Below, in pieces: positions 36,668 through 46,314 of a stretch of DNA of 64,000 nucleotides. Numbering within the stretch: position 1 is the stretch's first letter; every line of letters starts with the position of its first letter. The DNA is taken from positions 2,016,001 through 2,080,000 of the forward strand of contig CBDETY010000003.1 of the NCBI GenBank assembly GCA_965243025.1, given 5' to 3'. Source of the stretch: Candidatus Latescibacterota bacterium (lineage in GTDB: Bacteria; Latescibacterota; UBA2968; UBA8231). Under the pieces are notes generated by a model. The model did not search any database. It was not told the origin of the DNA and worked only from the letters and a program-made list of their open reading frames with translations. Position numbers and translations under genes: made by a program.

Positions 36668-37966
36668 TCAGAAACGGATGGTGAACCGGGTCGGTTCGGA
36701 CGGTGGGCTCTCGAGGGAAAAGGCGAAACCGTGCCGGGTCAGGATCTCCTGGACCAGGGTCAGGCCGAGGCCCTGGCGGTTCTCCCTGGTACTGAAGAAC
36801 GGGGTGAACAGGTTGCCGGCCGCTTCCGGGTCGATCCCGGGCCCGGTGTCCTCGACCGCGGCGAACCGCCGGCCCCCGGTCTGCCCGAGGCGGACCGTTA
36901 TCCTCCCCTTCCCGCCGATCGCCTCCATCGCATTCTTCAGGATGTTGACGAACACCTGCTCCATCTGGTTCTCGTCCATCGGGACCGGTTCGAGGTCGGC
37001 CTGAACATCCCACTCCCACTCGATTTCGCGGCGCTCGCACTCGGCCCGCATCAGCAGGGCGATGCCGCGCAGAAGGGCCTCGAGGTCGACGGGCTGCGGG
37101 CGCGGCGCCGGCAGCTGCACCACCTCGGCGAAGCTGCCCATGAAGGAGCTGAGACGGTCGATGCGGCCGCTGGCCACCTGCAGGGCGTTCTCGAAATCGC
37201 CGCGGTCGGCTTCCCGCAGCTGTTCCCCGTAATGGAGGCAGGAGTGCAGGAGGGAGTTGACCGCCCCCGTCGAGTTGTTGACCTCGTGCGCGAGCAGGCG
37301 GATGACCTTCTCGTAGGCCGCCTTCTCCGAGAGGCGCAGCTCCTCGGTCAGCTCCTCCATCAGGATGAAGGCACGCGGGAACCCCTTGTCGAGGAACTGC
37401 GATTTGCGGCAGCGCACCCGCTGGCCCGCCAGTGACAGCACCCGGGAGTCGCCGACCGGCAGGTCCTCAAGGGAGCGGGCGAAGGGAGTTCCCAGCTCTT
37501 CCAGGCCCCGGCCGCGCGCCTCCCCTTCGGCCACCCCCAGCATGCGGGCGGCGCTGGGATTTTCCAGGACGACCTTGCCGTCGAAGTCGAGGGTGACGAT
37601 CCCGGACGGCGAGGCCTCGAGGATCTTCTCCATGAAGAAATGCTGCTCCTGCAGGCGCGTGCGCTCCTCGCGCAGCTGGTCGATCATGCGGTTGTACACG
37701 CGCACCAGCCCGTCCATCTCCGGCTGGCCCACTTCGGTGAACTTGCTGGTGAAGTCGCGCTCGCCGATGAGCTCGGCGCCGGTGTGGATCAGGTCGAACG
37801 GCACCCGGAAACGCTGGACCAGGCGCACGCAGATCCACAGCGACAGCACGAGCAGCAGGTCGAACCCCAGCAGGTAGGGCCAGGGTTCAATCAGCAGGTG
37901 TCCGGCAACCGCGCCTGCGAGGTGTATGCAGACGAGGTAGCCGGCGAGCTTGAAGCGCAGGCTCAA
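36668..37966 (-). CDS. Sensor histidine kinase (HAMP-PAS-HisKA-HATPase)
   Basis: TTG start overlapping the regulator stop; two TM segments; LAHEVNNS, NILKNAMEA, DTGPGI and GLGL motifs. Confidence 0.9.
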   Translation of the reverse strand: MSLRFKLAGYLVCIHLAGAVAGHLLIEPWPYLLGFDLLLVLSLWICVRLVQRFRVPFDLIHTGAELIGERDFTSKFTEVGQPEMDGLVRVYNRMIDQLREERTRLQEQHFFMEKILEASPSGIVTLDFDGKVVLENPSAARMLGVAEGEARGRGLEELGTPFARSLEDLPVGDSRVLSLAGQRVRCRKSQFLDKGFPRAFILMEELTEELRLSEKAAYEKVIRLLAHEVNNSTGAVNSLLHSCLHYGEQLREADRGDFENALQVASGRIDRLSSFMGSFAEVVQLPAPRPQPVDLEALLRGIALLMRAECERREIEWEWDVQADLEPVPMDENQMEQVFVNILKNAMEAIGGKGRITVRLGQTGGRRFAAVEDTGPGIDPEAAGNLFTPFFSTRENRQGLGLTLVQEILTRHGFAFSLESPPSEPTRFTIRF

Positions 37967-39333
37967 GGGGTGAGCCCGTGCTTCTCGAAGCGGCGGTAGA
38001 GCGCCGCCCGGCTCAGTCCCAGGGCCTGGGCAACCCGGCTGATGTTCCCCTTGTAGTGCTCCATGCAGCGGAGGATCATCGACCGCTCCAGCTCGTCGAG
38101 GGTCATGGTTCCCGGGGCCGGCAGGCCGCCCGCCCCGCCCGGACCTTCCGCGGGCTGCATGGCCAGGGCGGCTTCGAAATCGGCGGTTCCGAGGACGGTG
38201 CCGGAGCTCATCAGGGCGGTCCGCTCCAACAGCTGCTTCAGCTGGCGGATGTTTCCCGGCCAGGGAAGGGCCTGCAGCCAGCCGAGGGCTTCCGCGTCGA
38301 TCTCGAGGTCGCGGCGGTACACATGGGCGGCCCCCTGCGCGAAATGGCGCGCCAGCAGCGGTATGTCCCCCGGCCGCCGGCGCAGCGGCGGCAGGTGCAG
38401 GACGATGAGGTTGAGGCGGTAGAGCAGGTCCTCGCGGAAGTCTCCCGACTCGACCAGCTCCAGCAGGTTGCGGTTGGTCGCCGAGATCACCCGCACGTCG
38501 ACGGAACGGGTCCTGTCCGACCCGAGCACCTCGTAGGTGCGGTCCTGCAGCACGCGCAGGAGCTTGACCTGGCACCCCGGGGCGAGGTCGCCGATCTCGT
38601 CGAGGAAGATGGTCCCTCCGTCGGCCAGGGCGAAGCGGCCGGCGCGGTCCTGGCGCGCGTCGGTGAAGGCCCCCTTGACGTGCCCGAACATCTCGCTGTC
38701 GAACAGGGTCGAGGAGACGCCGCCGAGGTTGACCTTGACGAACGGCCGGTCGTTGCGGCCGCTGTTGCGGAAGATGGCCTGGGCGATCTCGTCCTTGCCG
38801 GTGCCGCTCTCGCCAGTGATCAGCACCGAGGCCTCGGTGGGGGCGACGCGGCGGACCGCCTCGAGCAGCTTGAGCAGCTCCGGGTCGCAGCCGATGACGT
38901 TGCTGAAGTCCCCCTGGCGGTCGAGCTCCTCGCGGGTTACTTCGGCTTTACCGGCAGGGGTTGCCGCGGCCAGGCTTAGGGCTGTCTTCACCGCCTGCAG
39001 TATCTGGCTGTTCGTCCAGGGCTTGGTGACGAAGTCCGCGGCCCCGGCCTTGATCCCCTGCACCGCCAGCTCGATGGAGCCCCAGGCAGTGATCAGGATG
39101 ACCGGCAGGTCGGCATGCTGGCGCCTGATCTCCCGCAGCAGCTCCATCCCCTCCTCGCCGCTGGTCCGGCGCGAGAAGTTCATGTCCTGCAGGACCAGTT
39201 CGCACGGGCCGCGGGCCAGCGATTCGAGGGCCTCCTGCGGAGTGGCCGCGGTCCCTGTCTGGTATCCGGCCTGCTTGAGCAGCAGGGACAGGGAGGCGGT
39301 CACCGAGCTGTCGTCGTCCACCACCAGGATCAT
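37963..39333 (-). CDS. Sigma54-dependent (NtrC-family) response regulator
   Basis: Receiver VVDDD/QDMN; GESGTGKD, GAFTDA, FLDEIG and FREDLLYRL; Fis-type HTH. Confidence 0.95.
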   Translation of the reverse strand: MILVVDDDSSVTASLSLLLKQAGYQTGTAATPQEALESLARGPCELVLQDMNFSRRTSGEEGMELLREIRRQHADLPVILITAWGSIELAVQGIKAGAADFVTKPWTNSQILQAVKTALSLAAATPAGKAEVTREELDRQGDFSNVIGCDPELLKLLEAVRRVAPTEASVLITGESGTGKDEIAQAIFRNSGRNDRPFVKVNLGGVSSTLFDSEMFGHVKGAFTDARQDRAGRFALADGGTIFLDEIGDLAPGCQVKLLRVLQDRTYEVLGSDRTRSVDVRVISATNRNLLELVESGDFREDLLYRLNLIVLHLPPLRRRPGDIPLLARHFAQGAAHVYRRDLEIDAEALGWLQALPWPGNIRQLKQLLERTALMSSGTVLGTADFEAALAMQPAEGPGGAGGLPAPGTMTLDELERSMILRCMEHYKGNISRVAQALGLSRAALYRRFEKHGLTP

Positions 39334-39404
39334 GGGCGGGTGTCCTATGTCAGGAAGATCGAATCAACGGGACCGGTTTGAGCTTTGGCATTCTTCCTCT
39401 TTCC

Positions 39405-39959
39405 TCAAAGAAACAGTTCCGAAATCGCCACCCCCGCACCGATATAAGTACCCGTAAGCCAGAGATCAGAACCCGACACTACCGTTACCACGACCGCCCC
39501 CATGCTCAAGACCCCCCAGAGACTGCCCTCCTTTGTGCTTTTCATTCTCTTGACGCGAATGCGCTTTTCAAAACCTTCCCGGAAACCCTGGACATACTCC
39601 TTCTCCTTGTCCTGCAGGTGATCCATCTGTGTCCACGGCAGGTTCGCGTCACTCGATTCCGCCAGTCGGGGGGCCAGCTTCATGCCGATCACGTTGAGAA
39701 AGAAGCCGCTGGCATACCCACCCCAGAACCACCCCTGGGTCCCTTCGATTTCTGCGGACTTCTCGCCGTCGAGCAACCCCCGATCCCTCGTGTACCCCGG
39801 CGGGGACGCTTGCGCTCCACCCGGCCCTTGCGCAAGAACAAACGCCAGGTGCAGCCGCTCCCCGGGGAATCTATCCGTATACCGGGGCCCGGCTTCAACA
39901 GGTGCCATTACCGCTGCACTCATAACCCCAAGTGCAAAGATCAACGGCGACAGTTTCAC
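39405..39959 (-). CDS. Hypothetical exported/membrane protein within the ABC export operon
   Basis: AAGGAG before GTG at 39959; signal-peptide-like N-terminus; Gly-rich hydrophobic segments. Confidence 0.65.
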   Translation of the reverse strand: MKLSPLIFALGVMSAAVMAPVEAGPRYTDRFPGERLHLAFVLAQGPGGAQASPPGYTRDRGLLDGEKSAEIEGTQGWFWGGYASGFFLNVIGMKLAPRLAESSDANLPWTQMDHLQDKEKEYVQGFREGFEKRIRVKRMKSTKEGSLWGVLSMGAVVVTVVSGSDLWLTGTYIGAGVAISELFL

Positions 39960-39999
39960 AATGTTCTCCTTTCGTACGAGGCAGAACTTCCCACCCGGC

Positions 40000-41277
40000 T
40001 CAGTCGTGATGCAGCGCCTCGGCCGGACGCACGCGCGCCGCCAGCCAGCTGGGGTATAGCCCGCACAGCATGACCACTGAAAAAAGAACAAGTGCCGTGG
40101 CCCCCACCCCGCAGGCGGCCACCCAGGCCGGCACGCGGCTCCACAACACCATATCCAGCAGCCCGAACTGAAAGATCGGGAAACAGCCCAGCACAATGGC
40201 CGCGGTCACCAGCACGGCCAGTTCCCCAAGGAACTGCCCATATATCCGGCCGCCGGGAGCCCCCACGGCGCGCCGTATGCCGATCTCCCGGGTTCGGCGG
40301 CGCACGTTCTGCCACATTATTCCGATTAGTCCCAAGGCAACCATGAGAATCATCAGACCGCTGATCACCGCGATTCTCGTCAGCAGCGGAAGCCGGTTTT
40401 GCCGATTGAACTCCCTGATTCCCGCAAGGGATCCTACGCTGAATTTCATGGACTGGTCCGGGGGAACCACCGCCTTGATACGCGATTTGAGCTTTTCGCC
40501 GAATTCCGGTCCCGCGTCCGGATAAGGTTTTATCAGGAAACAGATCCAGTTCTGCGTCGGATTGGCCAACCACTTATTGGAAAGCCGGAGGAAGATGAAG
40601 CCGGGAGTTTTTACAGACAGGTGTCCATCTCCACCGAAATTCATGAAATAGAAACAGTCCTCGATGACCCCGACAACTCGAACCTCGGTGGGATCTGGGG
40701 TGTTGTACCCATCCTTCAGATTGGCATCGAATACCGGTGAGTCCCCGATGGCTTTGCCCAGCGGATCCGCATCGCCGAATAAAACCCGGCTCAGCTCCTG
40801 GTCGATGACAGCGGGGGTCCAGTCGAAGCCTTCGTCCTCCGTACCAAACCAGCGCCCGCTGAGCAGCCGCGGCTTCAGGACTTCCAGGCCCTCGTCCGAG
40901 ATATGGACGGAACTGATTCCATTCCACGAATTTGAGAACCGAAGCGGGGCGTTACTTGCCAGAGCCACTTCCTCGACCTGATCGAGCCCTCGGACCTCCC
41001 GCTCCACCAGCTCGATATTCCGCCGGTGCTCTTCCCCGGCTTTTTCCCACTTTTCCCTGCTCATGCCCCTTCGTTCACTAAAGAGATCCCGGGCTTGAAG
41101 ATTGGAGTACCACAAACCCTCATACTCGAATCCCAGCGGCTTCAACTCCTCCGCGGCGAACAGCACCCATCCGGCGACCAGAGGAGTCAGCACCAGGAAC
41201 GACAGCAAGAGCTCCCCGGCAAGAAACAGGTTGGTTCTACGCCGGTTCCACGCCATGCGGCACAGGTGAGCGATCAT
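40000..41277 (-). CDS. ABC transporter permease (MacB/FtsX-like)
   Basis: ATG at 41277 with ATGA overlap; RRTREIGIRRAVGA and PAEALHHD motifs. Confidence 0.9.
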   Translation of the reverse strand: MIAHLCRMAWNRRRTNLFLAGELLLSFLVLTPLVAGWVLFAAEELKPLGFEYEGLWYSNLQARDLFSERRGMSREKWEKAGEEHRRNIELVEREVRGLDQVEEVALASNAPLRFSNSWNGISSVHISDEGLEVLKPRLLSGRWFGTEDEGFDWTPAVIDQELSRVLFGDADPLGKAIGDSPVFDANLKDGYNTPDPTEVRVVGVIEDCFYFMNFGGDGHLSVKTPGFIFLRLSNKWLANPTQNWICFLIKPYPDAGPEFGEKLKSRIKAVVPPDQSMKFSVGSLAGIREFNRQNRLPLLTRIAVISGLMILMVALGLIGIMWQNVRRRTREIGIRRAVGAPGGRIYGQFLGELAVLVTAAIVLGCFPIFQFGLLDMVLWSRVPAWVAACGVGATALVLFSVVMLCGLYPSWLAARVRPAEALHHD

Positions 41278-42578
41278 CCTTCCCTCCTCCCCGTCAACGC
41301 CTTTACGGGATGCAGGCGCCCCATCTTCCAGGCCGGGTAGGTTCCTGAGAAGACCCCGAATAACAGAGCGAGCAACACCCCGTAAAAAAAGGTCCGAATC
41401 ATTACCTCGACATCCATGTACCCGCCGAAACCGAAGCCTCCGGGAAGTTTTGGAATGCCCCAGGTCAAGGGCAGACTGAGGACTGCGCCCACCAGGGTGA
41501 GCAGCACGTTTTCCGCCACGAACTGACCCACCAGGGTGCGGGTCGAAGCGCCGAACGACTTGCGCACTCCGATCTCGGAGGTGCGCTCCTCGATGCGCCC
41601 AATGTTGAGATTGACGAGGTGGAGGGCAGGCAGGAGCATGAAGAGCAGCATGTAACCACCCAGGGTGAAAAGCCGCCACCTGAGTTGGGCTGCTGCCACC
41701 TCCTGTGGGTCAACATCATGCCTGTAGTCCTTGCTCCAGTCCGACTTCCTCTGGCGTGCCCAATCCTCCAACGTCGTGAGAAGCGGTGCGGAAACGGCGG
41801 TGGGGGGAAAAGATTCGCCTGATGGGAGTTCCACCTGCTTCATGACGGTCGCTAATTCTGCCCGAATTTGCTCCATGTCCTCGGGCCGGGGCGCCAGCAC
41901 CGCGGCCATGAAATCCCCCAGCAGCTTGTAGGTGCGCCATGTCTCGGGAGGTGCGGTGGTCACAGGCACCCAGATCTCCCCGGAGTGTCTCCGGCGGGTA
42001 GCCCGAACGTCGGCCACCACCCCGACGACTCGGTAGTTCTGGCCGTCGATGGGCACACTCTTGCCGATCACCGCTTCGGAGCCGAAGAAGCGCTTGCCGA
42101 AGCCGGAGCTGATCACGGCGACGAAATCGCCGGTCTCCACTTCTTCCGGGCCATAGGGCCGGCCCTGGATAAAGTCGAAGCGGAAGACCTCCCAGTAAGC
42201 TTCATCGGTCATTATCACCCCTACATGCCCCTCCTCCGCGCCGCCCTGATGCCCCCGGTAGTCGACATCGGAGAACACTGTGACGTTTTCGGCGGTCTGG
42301 AGGGGGCGCACGTAGCGGTCGAGAAAGGCGTAACCGGGCCGGGACATCCCAAATCCTCTCGAAGGATCCGATGATTTCCGCACCACCATCAGCCAGCCGA
42401 GGTGCAGGGTGCGGTCGCTGTGGACCTCGGGCGGAATGGGCCCGGTTTCCTGATCGATGGAGGCCGCGGCCAGCATCAGCACCACCAGGGTGAAACAGAT
42501 CCCGAAGAGGTTGATCCCGGTGAAGAACTTGTGCCGCCAGAAGACCTTGAGTGCGACCTTCACGTAGTTCTTGAGCAT
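41274..42578 (-). CDS. ABC transporter permease (MacB/FtsX-like)
   Basis: MLKNYVKVALKV, ERTSEIGVRKSFGA and YPAWKMGRLHPVKAL motifs. Confidence 0.9.
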   Translation of the reverse strand: MLKNYVKVALKVFWRHKFFTGINLFGICFTLVVLMLAAASIDQETGPIPPEVHSDRTLHLGWLMVVRKSSDPSRGFGMSRPGYAFLDRYVRPLQTAENVTVFSDVDYRGHQGGAEEGHVGVIMTDEAYWEVFRFDFIQGRPYGPEEVETGDFVAVISSGFGKRFFGSEAVIGKSVPIDGQNYRVVGVVADVRATRRRHSGEIWVPVTTAPPETWRTYKLLGDFMAAVLAPRPEDMEQIRAELATVMKQVELPSGESFPPTAVSAPLLTTLEDWARQRKSDWSKDYRHDVDPQEVAAAQLRWRLFTLGGYMLLFMLLPALHLVNLNIGRIEERTSEIGVRKSFGASTRTLVGQFVAENVLLTLVGAVLSLPLTWGIPKLPGGFGFGGYMDVEVMIRTFFYGVLLALLFGVFSGTYPAWKMGRLHPVKALTGRREG

Positions 42579-42591
42579 GTCTCACTCCCCC

Positions 42592-43257
42592 TCAATTCAC
42601 CTGGCGCCCGTCGAAGAGCCGCACCGTGCGCCGGGTGCGGTCGGCCAATCCCTGGTCGTGGGTTACCATGACGATGGTGGTCCCTTCTTCGTTGAGGGCG
42701 TCGAGTATGGCCATGATCTCGTTCCCCATGTGGCTGTCGAGGTTGCCGGTCGGCTCGTCGGCCAGCAGAATCTGCGGCCGGCCGACGATGGCCCGGGCTA
42801 CGGCCACCCGCTGCTGCTGCCCGCCCGACAGCTGCGCCGGGAAGTGCCGCAGCCGCGAGCCGAGCCCGACCCGCTCCAGGGCCTCCACCGCCATCCGGCG
42901 CCGCTCCCTGCCCGACAGGCCGCGGCGGTAGAGCAGCGGGACCTCGACGTTGTCGACGACGTTGAGGTCGGCGATCAGGTGGAAGGTTTGGAAGATGAAA
43001 CCGACCTCCTCGTTGCGGATGCGGGCAACGTGGCGGTCGGCGTAGGTGTTGATGTGCCGCCCGTTGAGGCTGACTTCGCCGGCGGTGGGCTCGTCGAGCA
43101 GGCCGATGACGTTGAGCAGGGTGCTCTTGCCCGACCCGGAGGGGCCCATCACCGAGATGAACTCCCCCTTGTCGACGGAGAGGTTGATGTTGCTCAGGGC
43201 CAGGGTCTCGATTCGGTCGGTGCGGTACACCTTCTCGACTTCTGCAAGTTGAATCAC
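42592..43257 (-). CDS. ABC transporter ATP-binding protein (MacB/LolD-like)
   Basis: [17 protein letters not shown] and [10 protein letters not shown] motifs. Confidence 0.95.
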   Translation of the reverse strand: MIQLAEVEKVYRTDRIETLALSNINLSVDKGEFISVMGPSGSGKSTLLNVIGLLDEPTAGEVSLNGRHINTYADRHVARIRNEEVGFIFQTFHLIADLNVVDNVEVPLLYRRGLSGRERRRMAVEALERVGLGSRLRHFPAQLSGGQQQRVAVARAIVGRPQILLADEPTGNLDSHMGNEIMAILDALNEEGTTIVMVTHDQGLADRTRRTVRLFDGRQVN

Positions 43258-43267
43258 GGATGCCTCC

Positions 43268-44518
43268 TTATCTGATCGGAACCTCGTCCAGCTGCAGGTA
43301 GCTCTTCATGCTCGAAATGATCACCTCGTCCCCCTCCAGCAGGCCCTCCACCACCTCGTAGTTCTCGAAATTCGCCAGTCCGATGCGGACCTGGGTCTTC
43401 ACCGCGGTCTCGCCGTGGACGACGAAGACCTCGTGGAGGCCGGCCCCGCCGTTGATGAACGGCCCCCGCGCCAGGCGCAGGGAGCGTTCCCTGCGGTCGG
43501 TGACGATGTAGGCGTCGACCCGCTGGTTGGGCCGCAGCAGGGGGTGCGCCGGGTCCTCGAGCTCGACCTCGATATCGATGACGTTGTTGTCCACCGCGGG
43601 CAGGATGCGGGAGATGCGCCCCTCGACGTACGCGTCCTCGCCGACGCGCAGGCGCACCGGCAGCCCGGGGAGGAGCCGGTGGGCGTGGATGTCCGAAACC
43701 CTGGCGTCGACGCGGAAGGAGCTGAGGTCGGCGACGCGGGCGACCTCCTGGCCCTGACCGACCGGGGCCCCGACCACCGGGGAGACCGAGGTCAGCACTC
43801 CCTCCCTGTCGGCGCGGATGCGGGCCCGCTCCAGGCGGCGGCGCGCTTCCTCCCCCTCGCGCTCGAGGGTCTTCATCTCCAGCTGCAGGGCCTCGAGCTG
43901 AGCCCGGGTGGATTCGACCAGGTTGCTGCGGTTCTCTTCCAGCTGCCGCAGCTCGATGCCGGCGCGCTCCTCCTCGAGCTGCGCCTCCCCCAGCTGCTCC
44001 GCGGAGACCGCTCCGATACCCTGCAGCTCGCGGTACTGGGCGGTGCGGGTCCGCAGGCGCTCCAGGTCCAGTTTCTTGAGGCGCCAGCTCGTCTCCAGGT
44101 CGCCCAGTCTTTGGCGCTCCTCCAACTCGAGCCGGGTGCGCTGGTTCTGCTTGAGCGCCAGCTGTTCGGCCCGTTTCTCGACCTCGAGGCGCGCCGCGTT
44201 CAGGTCGAGCTCGACGATCGGCTCTCCCTTCTGCAGCCGGTCCCCCGGTTTGCGCAGAATGCGCACCAAGCGGGTGTGTACGGGACTGAAGAGGATCTGC
44301 TCGAACCGGGGGACCACCGTGCCCGAAGCGCTGATCGTCTCCTCCACGGGTCCCTGCTGCACCCGCGCGGTGCGGATGCGGTCCGAATCCACGGCCGGCC
44401 GGATCCAGCCCGGGAGCCAGACCAGGAGGGAGACGAGGGCGGCCAGTCCGGCCAGTGAACGCGCAATCTGCTTGAGACGGCGACGGCGCCGGAAAGACGG
44501 GTCCAGGGGGCGGTCCAT
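43268..44518 (-). CDS. Efflux periplasmic adaptor subunit (HlyD/MacA-like); an N-terminal extension to 44728 is possible
   Basis: MDRPLD start, basic cluster, TM segment, coiled coil, lipoyl-like motifs, EVVEGLLEGDEVI. Confidence 0.88.
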   Translation of the reverse strand: MDRPLDPSFRRRRRLKQIARSLAGLAALVSLLVWLPGWIRPAVDSDRIRTARVQQGPVEETISASGTVVPRFEQILFSPVHTRLVRILRKPGDRLQKGEPIVELDLNAARLEVEKRAEQLALKQNQRTRLELEERQRLGDLETSWRLKKLDLERLRTRTAQYRELQGIGAVSAEQLGEAQLEEERAGIELRQLEENRSNLVESTRAQLEALQLEMKTLEREGEEARRRLERARIRADREGVLTSVSPVVGAPVGQGQEVARVADLSSFRVDARVSDIHAHRLLPGLPVRLRVGEDAYVEGRISRILPAVDNNVIDIEVELEDPAHPLLRPNQRVDAYIVTDRRERSLRLARGPFINGGAGLHEVFVVHGETAVKTQVRIGLANFENYEVVEGLLEGDEVIISSMKSYLQLDEVPIR

Positions 44519-44750
44519 GGGGTCCGGTTGAACAACTTCATTCCCGCGGGCGGCACTCCGCGGCCGGGAGCCTTTCTGGCCGGGAACTCTCGACAAGCAA
44601 CCCGGAGGCAGGGCTCCGTTGCTTCCCGGCTTGCGGGATTCGACACGGATGCCCGCCTCCCCCTCTCCGGTCTCGGGGTCTCTGTCTCGGCTGCGGAACC
44701 ATTTTTTCATCGGGCTCACAGGGTTCACCAGCTCCTTCCGCCCGCATCCT

Positions 44751-44766
44751 TACAATTTCCATGCCA
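44751..44766 (-). promoter_or_regulatory. Sigma54 -24/-12 promoter of the export operon
   Basis: Minus strand TGGCAT-GGAAA-TTGTA versus consensus TGGCAC-N5-TTGCW. Confidence 0.7.
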
Positions 44767-44820
44767 GAGTGCAGCAGCACCTCACTCCCCTGTCCGCGGG
44801 CTTGTACGGGCTGTCCTCCC

Positions 44821-44857
44821 CTGTTCGATTTCGAACAGCCGCAGCCGATTCCGGACA
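44821..44857. promoter_or_regulatory. Putative enhancer (UAS) for the NtrC-family regulator
   Basis: Perfect palindrome CTGTTCGA-TT-TCGAACAG (44821-44838) and a degenerate second site CAGCCGATTCCGGACA offset by 20 bp. Confidence 0.6.
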
Positions 44858-44948
44858 CTCTGCTCCATGAGTGGCACCCGCCTCGGGGCGAAGCTGGTTA
44901 GTGCACCGTGGGCTTGGATCCAGATGGATCGCCCTGAAAATCCGACCT

Positions 44949-44985
44949 TGATTGTTTGACAATCAGATCATGAATGATTATCAAT
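44949..44985 (+). promoter_or_regulatory. Sigma70-like promoter with palindromic operator upstream of the AAA ATPase
   Basis: TGATTGT-TTG-ACAATCA palindrome overlapping TTGACA (44956-44961); TATCAA 17 bp downstream; GTG at 44992. Confidence 0.5.
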
Positions 44986-44991
44986 CGCGAC

Positions 44992-46251
44992 GTGAACGAT
45001 TTGCAAAAAACTGTTCCCAGGTACCAGACCTCCGCCCTGGCCCGCACCCTCGGCCGACATCCGGTCGTCGTGTTGCACGGGGCGCGCCAGACAGGCAAGA
45101 CGACCATCGCAACCCTTCCCGAGGTCTCCGGGGAACGAGTCTACCTCACCCTGGACGATTTCCAGACCCGCGAGCTGGCGCAACGCGATCCGGACGCCCT
45201 GTTCATTGGCCGAAATCGCGTCACCCTCGATGAGGTCCAGAAGGAGCCGGACCTCCTGCTCGCGGTGAAAAGGGCCGTGGACGCCGACCGCCGGGCAGGC
45301 CGGTTCCTGCTCACAGGCTCCGCCAACCTGCTTCTCATGCGCCAGGTGTCGGAGAGCCTTGCGGGTCGCGCCGTCTATTTTCAGCTGCCCGGACTGACCT
45401 GGGCGGAGGTTGAAGGCCGGGAGTTCGGAAGGAATCTCGAGGTCCTGGTGCGCGAGCGGTCCCTCGAGGCCGTGCTCGCCGGGCTCGAGCCGGCCCCCAC
45501 GCCTGTCCGCTCTTTGCAGGAGGCGATCATGGCTGGAAGCTACCCTGTTCCATGCCTGAGTCCGGACGCGGAGTTCCGAACCCGGTGGTTCGACGGGTAC
45601 ATCCAGACCTATCTCGAACGCGACATGCGCGATTTGTCGGCGACCGACAACCTCGTCGACTTTCGCCGTCTCATGCAGATCGCCGCCGGCCAGAACGGAC
45701 GTCTTGCCAACACCGCCTCGCTCTCCCGCGACGCCGGTCTTTCACCAGCCACGGCACGGCGATACCTGGGAACCCTCGAGGTCTCGTTCCAGCTGCTGCG
45801 CATCCCCGCCTATTCGGTCAACCGGGGCAAACGCCTCATCAAGGCGCCGAAGCTGTTCTGGTCGGACACCGGGCTCGCCGCGCACCTCGCCGGCATCTTC
45901 GACGGGAAAACCCTGCAGGAAAGCCGGGAGTGGGGGGCATGGCTGGAAAACTGGGTATGCATTCATCTCCTGGCGTTCGCATCGCTTCAGGTGCCGCGGA
46001 TCTCCCTCTGCCACTGGCGCACCGCGGCCGGGGAGGAGGTGGACTTCGTCCTGGAATCCGGCCTCACGCCCCTGCCGCTCGAAATCAAGACGACCGCTCG
46101 CCCAAGGGGAGACGACGCCCGCGGCCTCGAAGCCTTTCTCGACACCTATCCGGAAGCGCCGTTCGGGATCCTCGCCTGCGGCTGTTCGGAGGCCCATGCG
46201 CTCAGCTCCCGCGTGGTCGCCCTCCCGGTCGCCGACCTGCTCCTCGGCTGA
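44992..46251 (+). CDS. AAA_14 ATPase with C-terminal DUF4143 domain (alternative start 44974)
   Basis: GARQTGKTT, LDEVQK, FLLTGSA, ESLAGR, KAPKLFWSDTG and EVDFVLE..EIK motifs. Confidence 0.9.
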   Translation: MNDLQKTVPRYQTSALARTLGRHPVVVLHGARQTGKTTIATLPEVSGERVYLTLDDFQTRELAQRDPDALFIGRNRVTLDEVQKEPDLLLAVKRAVDADRRAGRFLLTGSANLLLMRQVSESLAGRAVYFQLPGLTWAEVEGREFGRNLEVLVRERSLEAVLAGLEPAPTPVRSLQEAIMAGSYPVPCLSPDAEFRTRWFDGYIQTYLERDMRDLSATDNLVDFRRLMQIAAGQNGRLANTASLSRDAGLSPATARRYLGTLEVSFQLLRIPAYSVNRGKRLIKAPKLFWSDTGLAAHLAGIFDGKTLQESREWGAWLENWVCIHLLAFASLQVPRISLCHWRTAAGEEVDFVLESGLTPLPLEIKTTARPRGDDARGLEAFLDTYPEAPFGILACGCSEAHALSSRVVALPVADLLLG

Positions 46252-46314
46252 CCCGCTACCCACCGGAAGGGATCTTCCTGCTTCCAACAACCCAATCCAC
46301 ATGGAGAAAAAGCC

